A stretch of 64,000 nt of DNA. Source: Lama glama (lineage: Eukaryota). A program made the position numbers and the translations under genes. The first letter of the stretch is position 1, and the number at the start of each line of letters is the position of its first letter. The stretch spans positions 7,194,001 to 7,258,000 of the forward strand of contig CM052816.1 in NCBI GenBank assembly GCA_028534125.1, written 5' to 3'. Under the pieces are notes generated by a model. The model was not told the origin of the DNA. It saw only the letters and a list, made by a program, of their open reading frames with translations, and did not search any database. Shown here one piece after another: positions 50,667 through 63,772 of this stretch.

Positions 50667-50999
50667 AGACAAGCCTGGATGTTTTTTGAAATTAAAAACT
50701 TAAAAACATAGAGTGGGTCAAACAGAATGTGAAGAGGGATGACTGTCTCATGACTCTTGGCTTAGGATATGTCTGGAGATCATTCAAACCAGAGTGAGGA
50801 GGAAAGCTTCTAGACTGGGGGAGTGTGCCTCTCAGGACAGGTGGACATTGGGAGGAGGGGACTGAAGTCCACTGGATAAACAAGGCCTATATTCCCAAAG
50901 AGTCCATTTTCCTGAAATATTTTGGAGGAAATCATTGTTAAAGTGCAAACATATTTGGATAGATTGCAAAACTTACATCTTTTTCCTTTTTTTTTAATT

Positions 51000-51360
51000 A
51001 ATGAAAAAAATTTTGATTGGCATTACATAACATAAAGTTCACTGATCTTAATAGTACAGCTCAATGAATTAGTTTTGCCTGTTCCTGAACTTGACGTACA
51101 TGGTATTTGGGGCCTGGCTTGCTTCTCTTGACATGCTGTCTGAGATTCCTCCATGGCATTACATGTAGCAGTGGTCTGCTATGTTTTGTGGTCATACATT
51201 ATTGCTCAGTCCACTTATTTTACTGTTAATAGATATTTGGCTTATGTCCAATTTTTGGAGTCTATGAATGACAGGGCTATGACAATTTCTGCTGCGTGAG
51301 CCTTTTGTGGACATAAGCACTCGCTTCCCTGCGGTATGTGCCCAAAGTGGACTTGCTGGC
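51000..51360 (-). mobile_element. Old LINE-1 3' fragment
   Basis: gtacagctcaatgaatt…ttttgcctgttcctgaactt…tgagattcctccatg…ttttgtggacata. Confidence 0.6.
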
Positions 51361-54300
51361 GGTCTGGCTGATGTGTGTCTCAGAAGAAGGATGTGCTTGC
51401 TTTGAGTGGTTTTAGACTCTGCCCCCAGGCCCTCAGGGGCCCAAGCCCTCTATCCTTTGCAGTTAGGTGCCACCATTGGAAAACTTGAGAACATTGGTGT
51501 AGGAGCAAGAGCGTGGAATGAAGAACCAGAAGACGGAAGCCAATAGATGGTACATTATTAGCATCATTTTGCAGGTAAACACAGAGGCTCAGAGAAGCAA
51601 GCTGATTTGTTGGAGGTCAGGCAGATGTTAAGGGGAGACCTTGGGTTCAAATCCAGATTCATCCAACTCCAGACTCATGTTTTTAATTGCTCTGCTTTAA
51701 AGCCTGGAGGTAGGCAGCTGTATTTTCACCAGCCCAGTGTCCATTCCTCTCCTTTTGCTAACAGCATGCTAGCTGTCCGTGGCTATCTGATACAGTCTTA
51801 GTGGGCTGTCACTCCGGGTACCCTCCACCCTGGGCCAAGGTTCAGGCTCAGCACTAGGGTGAAGGGAGTCAGGTGTCTAAGGTACCTAGGGTGCAAAATT
51901 TCAGGAGGCATTCACTCTCAGGGTCAGACAAGTGTCAGGTCATCTTTGTCCTCAGCCCAGCCCTCCAGGGGGTCCAAATTCAGTCAGCACCCACCACCCC
52001 ACTGACCCCTCAACCCCAGACAGCAGTCTAGATCTTGAGAGGGCCAACTCATGGAGAGGAGGGGCATCCTTCTGGTGATGAAGGCCTGAGTGAATTGCCC
52101 ATCCACTCCTAATTCTTGCCTTTGGGGAGGTCTAACTGAACCCTACACTGTCATTCTCTGCGTCACTCATAACCGTGCACTAAACTCCCCTTCTGTATAA
52201 GTAAAGGGTTGGTTTCTGTGACTTGTAAGGAACACACTATATGCTCGAGAGCAAGTTGCCTGATGTTTCTAACCCTCCTTTTCTCCATCTGGAAAATGGG
52301 AACTCCATGCTTAGCACTCCAGCTGGAAAACACAGCAGGTCCCTGGGTGAGGGATACTTCTAAGCATTGCTTCTCAGCCTTGCTTCCACGCTGGCATTAA
52401 CTATGGAGACTGAACAATCCGGCGCCCGGGCTCATAGACATTCAGAATCTCCGAGGGTGGGCTTCCATGGCAAGAGTTTGTAAAGCTCCACAGGTGATTC
52501 CAGTGAGAAGCAAGGGCCGAGAACAACTGTTCTAAACAACTCGGGATTTCTGTGGGTAATTAGTAGCTCCACTTCCCCTGCAATGCCCCGTGGCTCTACA
52601 CTTGGGACTTCGAGTATCAGCACTGGAAAGGCCCCCATCTGGGCAGAAGGCAGATAGGAGGAGAAACAAGAACTTCTTGGGCCTCCCTTATCCCCGGGTT
52701 TTCAAGGATCCCAGCAGCAGCCTGGTGAAAGCCTGAGGGCTTAGTTCGAAATCCTCAGGCAACTGGAGAGGCTTGTGTCTGGGAGCTGCCGAGGAGTCTG
52801 CAATCCCAGAGCCAAGGGCCATGGGGAGTTCATTTGGGCCATTTCCTTGCCTCTGGGCAGGAGGCACTGACGGGGCCTGGAATAGGCAGCAGGAGAGCTG
52901 GGTCAAGTCTCAGTCCTGCCACTGGGACATCAACCAGTGAACCTAGGCAAACAGCACCAGTTGCAAAACGAACAGATCTTTATTGAAGAATCACTGTGTG
53001 CAAGACACCAAGTGGGTATCCTCAGTCTGGACACATCAAAGAACTCTGATGTACAGGAGAGAGGTGGGACCTGAGGGTCTGCATTTGTCCACGGGCATCC
53101 AAGCAATTCTGATATTGGTAGGCTCTGGATACTGAGTCTAAGGCTGAGTAATCAAGGTGATTCTCAAGAGGGAAGCAGACTTGAGCATCACAGCAGAAGG
53201 TGCTGTGTCGGGGAGGAGCGGTGTGTTTTGAATGGTGAGACAAAGTGAGTAAACCCAGACACAGACATCGAGCAGTCCCCAAACATCGGGACCTTACTTT
53301 GCTCAACGAGTACTTGATGGAGTAGGACCTACTGCTGTGTGATACAAATTCCAGCTCCACATCTATTCCTCCACTGGTCACTCATTATGTACCAATTCTG
53401 AGTCTCTTGCATTGTCCTCAGTGTGTATCTAGGACCGAGAAGCCCTTTAGCTTTGCTCATGACCACTGGCCTCTGACACTTACATGCAGTTTATCCAGTG
53501 CTCCCTCTCATCTATTTTAGATAATTCTCATAATTTCCTGGGGGAGGTGGCAGGCTGGACTGACTTATCATCCCTCTTTTTCAGCACAAAACTCTCATGG
53601 TCATGTGGCCAGTAAGAGTCAGTAAGCAGAAGGGCCCAAATCCAAAGCTGGACATCAGACCCTATGTCATCCAATGATCCTAGACCAAGATTATCCTTCT
53701 GCCTCTCTGCTTGCTCATCCATTTCTCCATCATCCTTTATCATCCATCCACGTGTCCATCAATACACGTGTCCATCCAACCATGCATTGCTAGCTTACTT
53801 TCATCTGCTTATTTCTGTCATCTATTTAAAATACTCATCTATGTCTATGTATCCATTTAACACGATTTGGTGTCTATGGCCATCTGTTTATTGCAAACAT
53901 TTGCAGAGCCTGCCGTGTGTCACACTCTCCCTACTTTGTATTGCCTGTTTCTGCTCTCCAGATACCCATCTTCCCTCCAAATGCTTTCTCCTCTGATCTC
54001 TTTGCAAGACCCTCAGTCTGTGTGGCCACGATCTCCACTTGACTGTCTCCTAACCCACACTCTTCCCCTGATCACTTGGGAGCAGACCTCTTGTTCTTCC
54101 ATGACTGCCCCAACCTGGCCCCATTCCTCTCCATGATAGACTCCACAGAAATATTGATTCACTTGATGACTGGACTCCTAGCTGGGCTGTTTGCAGCTGG
54201 AGAGCAAAGATCATGTCTTTTCCAATGTTCCATCCCCCTCAGTACCCAGTCTAGGGCTGTGCACATGTTATGCAATTTGTTCACACTGGTTGCCTGGAAT

Positions 54301-57157
54301 TCACAGTCCTTGGGAATTGGAAGGAATTTTTCAACTATTATTCATTCAACAAATCTTGCAGTTTTTCTTGCTAGATGCTCTTGCCAGGTATAGAGATGAA
54401 TGAGTACAATTTTACTTACAGATCAGGGGAAGGAAGCCCTGTGAAGGACGGGGCCTTGCTCTAGATTCAAGGTCCCACGGCTATGGCAGAACCTTGAGGA
54501 CAGTGAAGAGAACGTCACTACTCTGGACCGAGACAGCTCCCGAGTGTCCCACAGAGCTAGATGGTGTGTGCTTGAAGGTCCCCAGAGAGGAGGTGTGGGG
54601 AAACCCTGGGCTGCTTCACCAGGTCAGACCAGTCAGGCTCCATCAAGAGCCATGGGGAGCTACCTTCTGGGTGGCAGGGAGAGCCTGAGTCAGCAGTGCC
54701 TATACAGATAACATCAGGGTGACCTGCTGACCAGGGAGGGAGGAGGGAGCCCTGAGGCCAAGGGAAGGGAAGGGAAATAGGGGACCCTAGCTCCATCCCA
54801 GAGTACCACACCCTTGATACAGGATATCTGGGCAATGGATTCCAGCTCCAAGTGCCAAGGACACTCTCATTAGGCTGGACTTTCCTGGAATATCCTGTTC
54901 TCCCCGCGCCTACCTATGTTAAAATCACTCATAAGATGTGATGTCAGAGTTTATGTAAGAGTTCAGAGGTTCTCAAACTTGAGTGAGCCCCAGAATGAGC
55001 TCCGAGCATGGGATGGAGTGATGAGTATTGTACTCCATGAAAAGCCCCCAAGACATGTTGAGTGAAAAAGCTACAGAATGACTCACAACTTATTGTTTTA
55101 AGCCCCATCCCCACCCTCTTGAAACAAACAAAAACCCCAAATGCTACATATTTCCTACTGGTACATTTATATGTGAATGTAAGTATCTAGAAAGAGTATA
55201 CACTTGAATGGTTATATTGTTTGTTTCTGGAGAAGGTATTGGTGGTGCTGGAAAGAGGGTTTCAGCCTTTAATGTAATGTTTTATTATTTCAGAAGGAAA
55301 ATATACCATGTATTATTTGTATACATGCTATACTTAAAGATTTCTCCAATTTTTTTTTCACCCATTTTCTCTGTTTCAAAGTCTGAGAATGCATTTTAGC
55401 AAAGTTTCGGTGCTTCTATGGAGCTGATCCATGAACTGCACTTTGAGAAAAGCTGACCCAGTCCCATCATTGTACAGATGAATAAGATGAGAGTCAGAGA
55501 GGGTCAGGAATTCGCCCAAGACCACACAGCATGGTAGTGACTAAGTTGGGCCTTGAACCCAGGATGATTAACTCCATCGTGCTCTCTCGTACATGGTGAC
55601 GTGAGAAGGAAATCAACTAGGAGAGTGGAGGTGGAGGGGCCCATGGACGTCCAGAGGCTGAATGTGAGTGGTGGAGGCTCCGTGTACCACTGCGCTGGGC
55701 CAGTGAGCAGCCTTTTTAAGGGAGAGGGGTACCGGGATGGTGGTGGGGCGAGAGGAGGAAATATTGCCCATCTTTCTAACTTTTCTTTGAGCCACTGTGT
55801 TCTCAGCCCCTCTCCCTTTCTGGATTTCCCTGCCCTTGTGCAGCCTGCCGCTGACGCCCTCCTGTTTCCAGAAGGGGCAGTGGCCCCTGTTCGGACAGGG
55901 TAACCTTGGGCAATTCTCTTCCCTCTCTTGACTGCAGGTTCTTCATCTGTCACCTCCACAGTGGACTGAATCAGAGGCTCCCAAACCTAGCTTTGCACCC
56001 TCTTGGAGGCTCATTTAAAAATGCTGCCGAATGCTGGGCCCCTCTGTAAAGGCAGTGAGGGGGAAGGTGGGCTGGAACATGCATTTTTTCACAAACTCAT
56101 TTGTCTTTCCCTCCATGATTCATAGAAAGTCTTACATTAGAAAACCACTGCACTACCAGTCTTTTCCCCCTGAGCAACCCTCCCTGAGCCTTGGGCCTCG
56201 GGCAGCCTGAGGTCTGGCCTGTAGGGTCAGAGCACCCGGCAATCCTGCCCCCAGGAGACCTCTCTCCTTGCAGCCCCCTGGTTCCGGATTTCCTCCCTCA
56301 GGGCCGGCCTCTTCCTCGCCTGGGCAGAATGTCTGGAATGTGGCTGCCGAGAGAGAGACAGGGCTGGTCGGGCTGCCAGAGCTGCCTTTGGAATTCAGGC
56401 GGCAGGGAGCAGACTCCTGCCCCGGAGGGCCTCTGCCCTGCTGGCCTCGAGGTGACCGGGCAGGACCCAAGCACCCAAGCAAATGAAGAAGGGAGGGTGG
56501 TGGGGAATCTCTCTGGGCCTCAGTCTCTTCATCCAGAATCACGTCCTATTTTCCACACGTGTGGCCTTCTGGCACTCGCAAAGCCATTTCACATCTACCT
56601 GTCCTCTGTACCTATCACATCCCATGACCACTATCTGGAGAGCTACTGGAAATTCATAGATGAATTAGACACCAAACTGATCCAGAAAACCGCCATTTTT
56701 TGCCTCAGGCATACTGCTTAGAGTTTGACGGATTCATCACTTTAATCTTGACAAGCCCTGCCAAGGTAAGAACGCCACTTGGTCACCTCCACTGCCACTT
56801 CCATTTCAGATGAGGAAACTACTTCCCAAAGAGGTTAATAATTTGTCCAAGGCCACGCAGTTGCAAGATAGCAGAGCTGGGTTTGAATCCAACTGTCTAC
56901 CCTCAAGTCCAAGCCTCCCCCTACTCCCCTGACAAGTACAGCGAAGGGGAGAAGGACCACAGTGGTTTCCTGCTCTGATCTCACTGTGAGACCAGAGCCA
57001 AGCAGTCTGTGTCCGCAAGGGTGCGGAATCCCTAGTGGTTCATGAGGAGGCCAAGAGATGCTCCTGGCAACCTTCCGATGGGCCTGGTAGGTGCAGTTTG
57101 GATGGCAATCTGGGTACAGACCCAGCATGAACCAGTGGAGGGTGAGGGGCTGATCTG

Positions 57158-57364
57158 CAGACCTGCTACCTCACCTTCAAGGCCAAGTGCAAAATGATAA
57201 CGGGGAAACCTTATTCAAAAGTTATTGAGACAGAGAATACAGACTTGTGGTTACCGGGGGGGGGGAGGGGGAGTTATTGAGGTTTGCAACAGAGACAGCA
57301 GGGCATTGGAGCAAGAGCAGGGCCTTTCTGGATGCAGGTGGCACGCCCATGGATCCAAACCCTG
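57158..57364 (-). mobile_element. MER45A-like hAT-Tip100 MITE carrying a 42-bp L1-like insert
   Basis: ggccaagtgcaaaatga…ttcaaaagttattgag | …gacagcagggcatt…gcacgcccatg…ccctg follows the recalled MER45A consensus (antisense). Confidence 0.75.
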
Positions 57365-57379
57365 TGATTGGATTGGAGC

Positions 57380-57645
57380 ATAATGTAGGGTGGAGGTTAA
57401 GAGCACAGGTTTTAGATCTAGATAAACTTAGCTCAAATCCTGGCTCTGCCATTTACGGGCATGACGACCTTGGACAAGTCACTTTAAGTCTCAGTTTCTT
57501 CCTCTGTAAAGTGAGAACGGTAGTAGCAGTAACTTATTGGAAGGATCTATTTGAGGATCAAATGAGATGATGCTTAGGCTCGTACTTAATAAATGAGAAC
57601 AAATATCAGCTATTGACACATTCACCGCAGTTGTTATTGTTGTTA
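57380..57645 (+). mobile_element. MIR SINE (near full length)
   Basis: ggttaagagcacagg…tcaaatcctggctctgcca…ctcagtttcttcctctgtaaagtga…gaggatcaaatgaga. Confidence 0.85.
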
Positions 57646-58635
57646 CTACTATACAACAGGGAGAAATGGGAGATGATGCCGGAAATGTGGTTTGTGGTGG
57701 TGGAGAAGGGGACGTGGTGGGGACACTGGTTCTCGGGGCCAGGGCCATGTCAGAGTCTAGGGGCACGCAAGGGTGATTACATCAGAGGTTCCACTTCCCA
57801 TCCTCAGGGTGGCTCCCCATCTCCCAGGATTCCTGTTGGGGTGATCTAACAGAAGCCACTGACCCAGCCAGCCGGGCTGCAGGAGCTCTCAGCGCCAGCC
57901 CCATCCCCCAGCGTCAGCCTGGGCCGGGCCGACTGCAGGTTGGATTGGGCAGGTGAGCTCATTCTCACCAGCCTGACCAACAAGGCCGGACACTTCTCCT
58001 GGCAGGAGCCCGTCAGAACTGCCAGCTGGCGGTCAGGATGAGCTGGAGGGCCTGGTGGTGCCCAGATGCCCATGGCCAGCAGGTCTGCTGAGTGTTTGAT
58101 TACATTCCCAGGCACCCCAGGCAACGCCAGGGCTGGCGGTTCCCACTCCCGCTGGGTCCCGTCTGTCAGCCACAGAGCTGACACCCCAGACTCGGCCCCC
58201 ACGGCCCACCTGCCTTCCACCTTCTGCTTCTTCCTCTTGGCTGCAGGCTGCAGCCCTCATGGAGCCAGGTGGCCTCATCTCCCAATGACTTCATCCCCCT
58301 TAAAGGCATCATGTCCCTTTGACAGCCAGGCCTCTGGAGGCCTTTCCTGTCCACAGTCCTGCAGACCAGCCTCCAGGGTCTCTGTCCCCACTCCCATCTT
58401 GCTCTAAGTGACCCTCCCCAGGGAGAACGCAGTACAACAGAAGGGATGAAGCCTTGGAAATGACAGTTTGCGTTTCACGTTCATTGAACACGTTGTCTCA
58501 ATGTAACCAGTCCATCAGCCAACTGTCCCCATGAGCTGAATCTCCTCTTCAGACTTCCCAGGTGAGCCGCCCTTACTCGGCACCTACTCTGGGTGGGCAA
58601 CTCCTGTGGGGCAGTAATGCAGCTGTTCCCTCCAT

Positions 58636-58745
58636 TAGGGTGATGCACTGTCCCCATTGCCCCGAAACTGTCCTGGTTACAGCACTGAAAGTCCCACATC
58701 CCCAGAAGCCCCCGAGTCCCGCCCCAACCAGGATGTTTGTCAGAG
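58636..58745. mobile_element. MER81-like hAT-Blackjack MITE
   Basis: tagggtga…gtcctggttacagcactgaaagtcccacatccc…gagtccc. Confidence 0.7.
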
Positions 58746-59289
58746 AACCCCACACACGCATCTGTGATGCACTGCCTCTCCTGATTGGTGCCTATGATTT
58801 TCACAGAATTAACCTGAGCCTTTAGCTGGCCCCAGAAGGAACAGAGGGCTTCAGTCTGTTAAAAATGCAAATAATGCTATCTGTGTTTACAGACTCCATG
58901 GACACCCTGAAATTTACCATCTGGTTAGAATTTTCACCACTGCTCAAGCCCCTCATTTATAGTCTCCACCCCATGGTGAATGTGGCCAGATTGCCCTAGA
59001 AAGGAAAACCTAGGAGGGAGGGAGGAAGCGCTCACCCGGTCCACAGGGGAGAGGACAGCTTTCCTCAGGCAAGTAGGAGGGTGGACAGTGACAATTTGCT
59101 AGGTCTTTCTTTAGAAGCCTACAACATCCTATGTCAAGAATATTAGAGCTTTAGAATAATAGGCTAGATGTTAAAGATCAGAGTTCAGCACCTGCTTCAA
59201 TGAGATAGGGAAACTGAGGTCCAGGCAGGGGATTCAGAATCAGATGTCATTCTTTTTAATGCCTGTGATGTGGCTAACACTGCTCAGAA

Positions 59290-59415
59290 ACACTGATGCC
59301 CAGGGCCCACCTCCAGGGAGTTGGATGTAATTGGTCTGGGTTGGGGTCCAGGCATCAGAGTTCGTGAAAATTCCCCAGGGGATGCCAATGTGCAGCCTCA
59401 GTTGAGAACCACTAG
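59290..59415. mobile_element. MER5-like MITE
   Basis: gatgcccagggcccacc…taattggtctggg…tccccaggggatgccaatgtgcagcc…ttgagaaccact. Confidence 0.75.
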
Positions 59416-59544
59416 TTTAGACAGAGATCCAGACATCAGAGTGGGGCAGGAGGTGACGTTAAGAGAGGCACACATAGAAGTAGAACAAAGCAGAGGATCA
59501 CACGGGAGGTCCAGCGAGAGGGCTGTGGGGAGGAAGGGGAGTGC

Positions 59545-59780
59545 AGTCCAGTGGTTAAGGGGTCCAGACAGAGTGGGGCTTGCAACTTTGCTTAGTCTAG
59601 ACCAGTGACCTTGGGCAAGTAATTAAAGCTTTTCTGAGCTTCAGTTTCTTCATCTGAAAAATAGAGAATGATAACAGCACTTAATCCATTGTGGTAGTGT
59701 TCAGAGAAACAAGATAATCCCCGCAGAGTGCTGAGTTGAGTGCCTGACATAAAGATTAGCTATTATTATTATTATCATTA
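59545..59780 (+). mobile_element. MIR SINE
   Basis: gtgaccttgggcaagt…tcagtttcttcatctgaaaaatag…tagctattattatt. Confidence 0.8.
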
Positions 59781-61064
59781 CTTCTGACTCAGGTCAGAGC
59801 CATGGTCTGGGGGAGCTCAAAGAGGGGAGCTGGCATGTGGGCAAGATGGATAGGTACAATTTTAGATGTCCAGGATGCTGTGAACAGGAGGGACACTGAG
59901 GAGTGTAATTTCCCTGGAGCCCAGAAGATTCCCCAGTTAGGTCCTGGGGCCAGTAGGGAGGAGGATCAGGGCCTGGGTCACGAGTGGCAGGGGAACTGGA
60001 GAGTGGAAGGCGAATGCTGGTAGCATTCTGGGGTTCTGCATCCATCCCAATCCTCATCCCCTCCTTAGCCCCAGGCTGCAGACAGTCCCTGTGCTAGACC
60101 GGCTGGAGGCCAGCCTTGGCCAGGATGGGGAACCCAAAGGCAGGCAGTCACACATGACTAGCCAAAGGGCTCGTGGGGCCGCCTCGCCACCCTCCTCAGG
60201 TTAATGCCTAATCAGCCGGGTCTCGGAGACCTGGGAGGCAATCAGCCAAGTGGATAATTGCCCAGGTTAGCCTTCTCACTGGAGTTGATCACAGGAGTCC
60301 CCTCATGCTGTAAACCCTGAGACCTCCGTGCAGTTTATAGGAAGGATGCCTGAGAGACTCTTCCTGGTATGGGGCCCCTCTGGACATCTTAGGCAACATG
60401 TGGCAGCAGCTTGCTTGACACCTGTGGTCATCCCCAATGCGGTGACAGATAACTGAAGGCACGGCCCACAGTGACTGCAAACACTCCATGAATAGGTATC
60501 GCCTGAAAACTAGGAAATAGCCAAGAGCCTCATTATTCCTTCATAAGCAACAAGACCAGAACCTTAATGGTTCCATTTATCCAAAGGGTCCAGCCTGAAC
60601 TTCCAAAACCAAGTCCTAGCCATGGAACCAGGCTTTAGCTTTCATCACATGGCAGAGGAAGGAGATGAGTGGCCTCAGCAGGTTGAGCCCATTTAACAAA
60701 TGAGGAAACAGAGACTTAGCAAAATGACATCATTTGCCTTGGGTCGCATAATTATAATAATAGCAATAATAAAGATATGCAGAATTCTTGTTTCTTAACC
60801 AGGTTCAAGGGCTTCTGCTCAGCTGAACATCAGATAGAATTGCTTAGAGTCAGAACTGACTGCTAGGAGAGGTAATGAGATCCCTGTAACGAGAGGTATG
60901 CAAGCAAAGATTGACTTATTTGCCAGGGACACTGCAGAGGGGCAGTGAGTCCTGGGAGGAACGGTGGGGGTTGAATAGGATGGTCGTGAACCATTATCAG
61001 CTCTGTGGGGCAGGAACAATTTCATTTACCTCTATGTCCCCAGGACCAGGTATAGTGCCCGGAA

Positions 61065-61412
61065 AAGCGATGCTTTGCATTTTACACACATTATCTGTCT
61101 CATGATGCTGCATAACCTTATGAAGCAGGAATTCCTGCTACCCCCATTTCACAGCTGGGGAAACCAGAGCTCAGAGAGGTTAAGTCACTAATGGAGGAAG
61201 TCACAGCTCATAACAATAAGAAGAGTTACCTTCTATGGGATACTTTCTCTACTATGTGCCTTCCTGCAACCTTTATCTTATTTAATCCTCATAACAACCT
61301 CATGAGGTAGGAGTTATTATTATCTCCATCCAAAAGGAAACTGAGGCTCAGACCAGTAACTCATCCAAGGTTACTGAGCTAGTAGATGACAGTACCAGGG
61401 CCCTGAACCAGA
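61065..61412 (-). mobile_element. Two tandem antisense MIR fragments
   Basis: ccccatttcacagctggggaaac…gctcagagaggttaag and tttaatcctcataacaacctcatgaggtagg…ggaaactgaggctcaga. Confidence 0.8.
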
Positions 61413-61749
61413 CTTTGGCAAGGAGTTGTGGTTGTTGATCTCAGGTTTGCAGCATGTGGGAGGAGGGGGGAGAGGACACTGGCCAGAGAGCTGAGAGCCC
61501 CGGGTCCTTCCTCAGTCCCCCCATGGTCTCTGTGTGTCCTCAGGTGAGTACTACCTGTCTAGGGCCTCGGTTTATCCCTCTGTGAAACCGAGAAGAGAGG
61601 TGGAGATGGGCTCAGTTTCTCAGCAACTCTCCAGCCGTCATTTTCCATGACTTGATTCCCCACCGTGAGTTCTGGGCCACAAACCAGTTGGCTCCTTTCC
61701 TCCCTCTCCCTGAGACAGAGAGCTGGCAAGAGGGGATGATCCGCCTCAA

Positions 61750-61954
61750 TTCTCCCACCTCCTTTTCCCTCCTCCTCCTCCTGGGCTGGGACACACCTAC
61801 TCCAACTTTCTCAGCAGCCTCTTCTGAGCGCGCGCCTTCCTGCTCCTCGTCTCTGCACCTCCCTCCTTCCTGAGCCTGTCAGCCTGGTGCTTGTGAAAGG
61901 GGCTCCAGCCCAGCAGCCCACCCCGGGGCACCCTCCCCGACGTGAGGGGCACAG
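61750..61954 (+). other. Candidate promoter / non-coding first exon of an unidentified gene
   Basis: Repeat-free, pyrimidine/C-rich stretch with a local CpG cluster (gagcgcgcgcc) ending in a strong donor CAG|GTAAGA (GT at 61955). The 5' boundary is unknown. Confidence 0.45.
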
Positions 61955-63728
61955 GTAAGAGCTGCTGGAGGATGGGAGGTTAGGGGGAGGAGGGGTGCAA
62001 AGCTAATCCATTCTGGTCCCTGAGCAAAGGCTCTTGGAAGGTGGGGACAAAACCAGGAGATGGCCGGGGCAGGCGCGGCAGGGGGAGGGCAAGGACACCT
62101 GGGCCTTGGATCACCTAGGTACACGGAATGCAGCCAGAGATGGAGCCAGCCTGAGCCTGGGGGCTGGGGCTGGGGGCCCAGGAATGGCTAAGGCTAGAAC
62201 TTTGATCTCCTGGAGGAGCAAGGTCATATTTGCTTGTGTGGAAAGTTGGACTCCTTTTCTTAGAAGAATGAAATTCCCTGCTGGGGCTGTTTGGGGATGA
62301 ACCTTCAAGGGGATGTGGAACAATTTCCTCTGCGGTTTTAGGGGGAAGTGCTGGGGCCAGGAGACCAAGAGGGGCTGGCTTCTTGTGTGTGTCCATGGGG
62401 GCACAGGGTCCCTATTACAGACAAAGCCACCTGAGAAGGCGGAGGAGGGGAGGGCAGAAGGGAGAGTCAGATAACCTAGCCAGCCCTTGTGCGACTCTTT
62501 AGAGGCACCCAGATTAGAACCTCAGCTCTCCTGACTGTCAGATGGGGGTGCTCACTGTCTCCAAAGGCTGGAAATGTGGCGAGTCTGAGAGGCACCAGGG
62601 GCAGCACTGGGGGTTGAGGGGAGTGGGAGCAGGTCTTGGGGGAAGCAGGAATCTGATGCATATCTTTGGAGGCCAGAGAACTGGAGTGGAACACTGAACA
62701 GAGCCACCAGGCCAGAGTTCAGCCCTCCACTAGAGCGGGGGACTTGAGCGGGGTTTGGGGGTGCTATTTGCTCCAGTATGGAAGCAGAAAGCCGTGCTGA
62801 GGTTTGCTGAGGGCTCCGAAAGGCTGCCTCCGTCCCCAGCCACACAGCACTCAGGAGCACGACCTGGGCTCAGGAGAGAGCAGGGAGGTAGAAAAGCAGG
62901 TGCAAGACTCAGCGTTTCCAATCCTTCCTCTCCTTTTACCTGGCCAGGTGAACAGTGCCCTCCACACAGAAACCCCTAACAGTTACATCACAGCTGATAC
63001 TCAACTGGATGCTTCCTGCATGTGGGGACTAGGGTGAGTCTGTGTGGTCATTTGAAAATGTTGAGTTTTCAAAGCCGGCAGGGCGAAAAGAGAATTTCAT
63101 TATTCACATCCTTGTAATTCACAGGCGATGTGGCCTGAAACAGTGCCCTACTGCTCTGGGCCTATCTCCCTACTTTTAAAATAAAGGTGGTTGGATTTTT
63201 AAGATCCGTTCTTAATCGGTTCACCCCCAAAAGCCTGCTGGTAGCCAAAGCAGGAATGACTGTGTTTTGCGGGTGAGGAAGCTTTGGGACTTGACATCCC
63301 TTGGCGTAGGAGGAAGGAAGCTCGGGTTCCCCCAAGGCTCTCCATGGAGCACAGGTTACACTTTGGGCAGGAAGGGGCTGAGTCCAGGAGTTGGCCAGCC
63401 TAGTGGAGTGAAACAGTGAGGCCCCCTCTGCCACAAGCTCCCAGGGCCTCAGTTTCCTCATCTGTAAAATGGGGGAGGAACTGGAGACAGTCAAGTTCTC
63501 CCTAGACCTCTCCTCTGTTTCCACCACTCTCTGTGGTTTCCTTAAGGACTCAGGGAACCACACCCAGCAAGACACTGACATTCTCCAGCACCTACGTGTC
63601 AGCTGTGCCTGTGCTCTACAGGGAGGGGTTGCCAGGCCTTCTCTGCACCAGTCCTCTGTGAGCTGGGCCACTACACTCCTCCCCGGTGCCACTGATCTCA
63701 CCTTGACCTGGCATTTCTCCTTCCCCAG

Positions 63729-63772
63729 GGCAGGCCATGGTGCTGGTGCTGCTGCCGGCCAGGTGGGACCAG
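63729..63772 (+). CDS. Candidate short exon containing a start codon (MVLVLLPARWDQ…, ATG at 63737)
   Basis: Branch-like CACTGAT/CTTGAC, pyrimidine tract tttctccttccccAG, Kozak GCCATGG, and donor CAG|GTAGGA (alternative CAG|GTGGGA at 63762). Protein not recognised. Confidence 0.3.
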
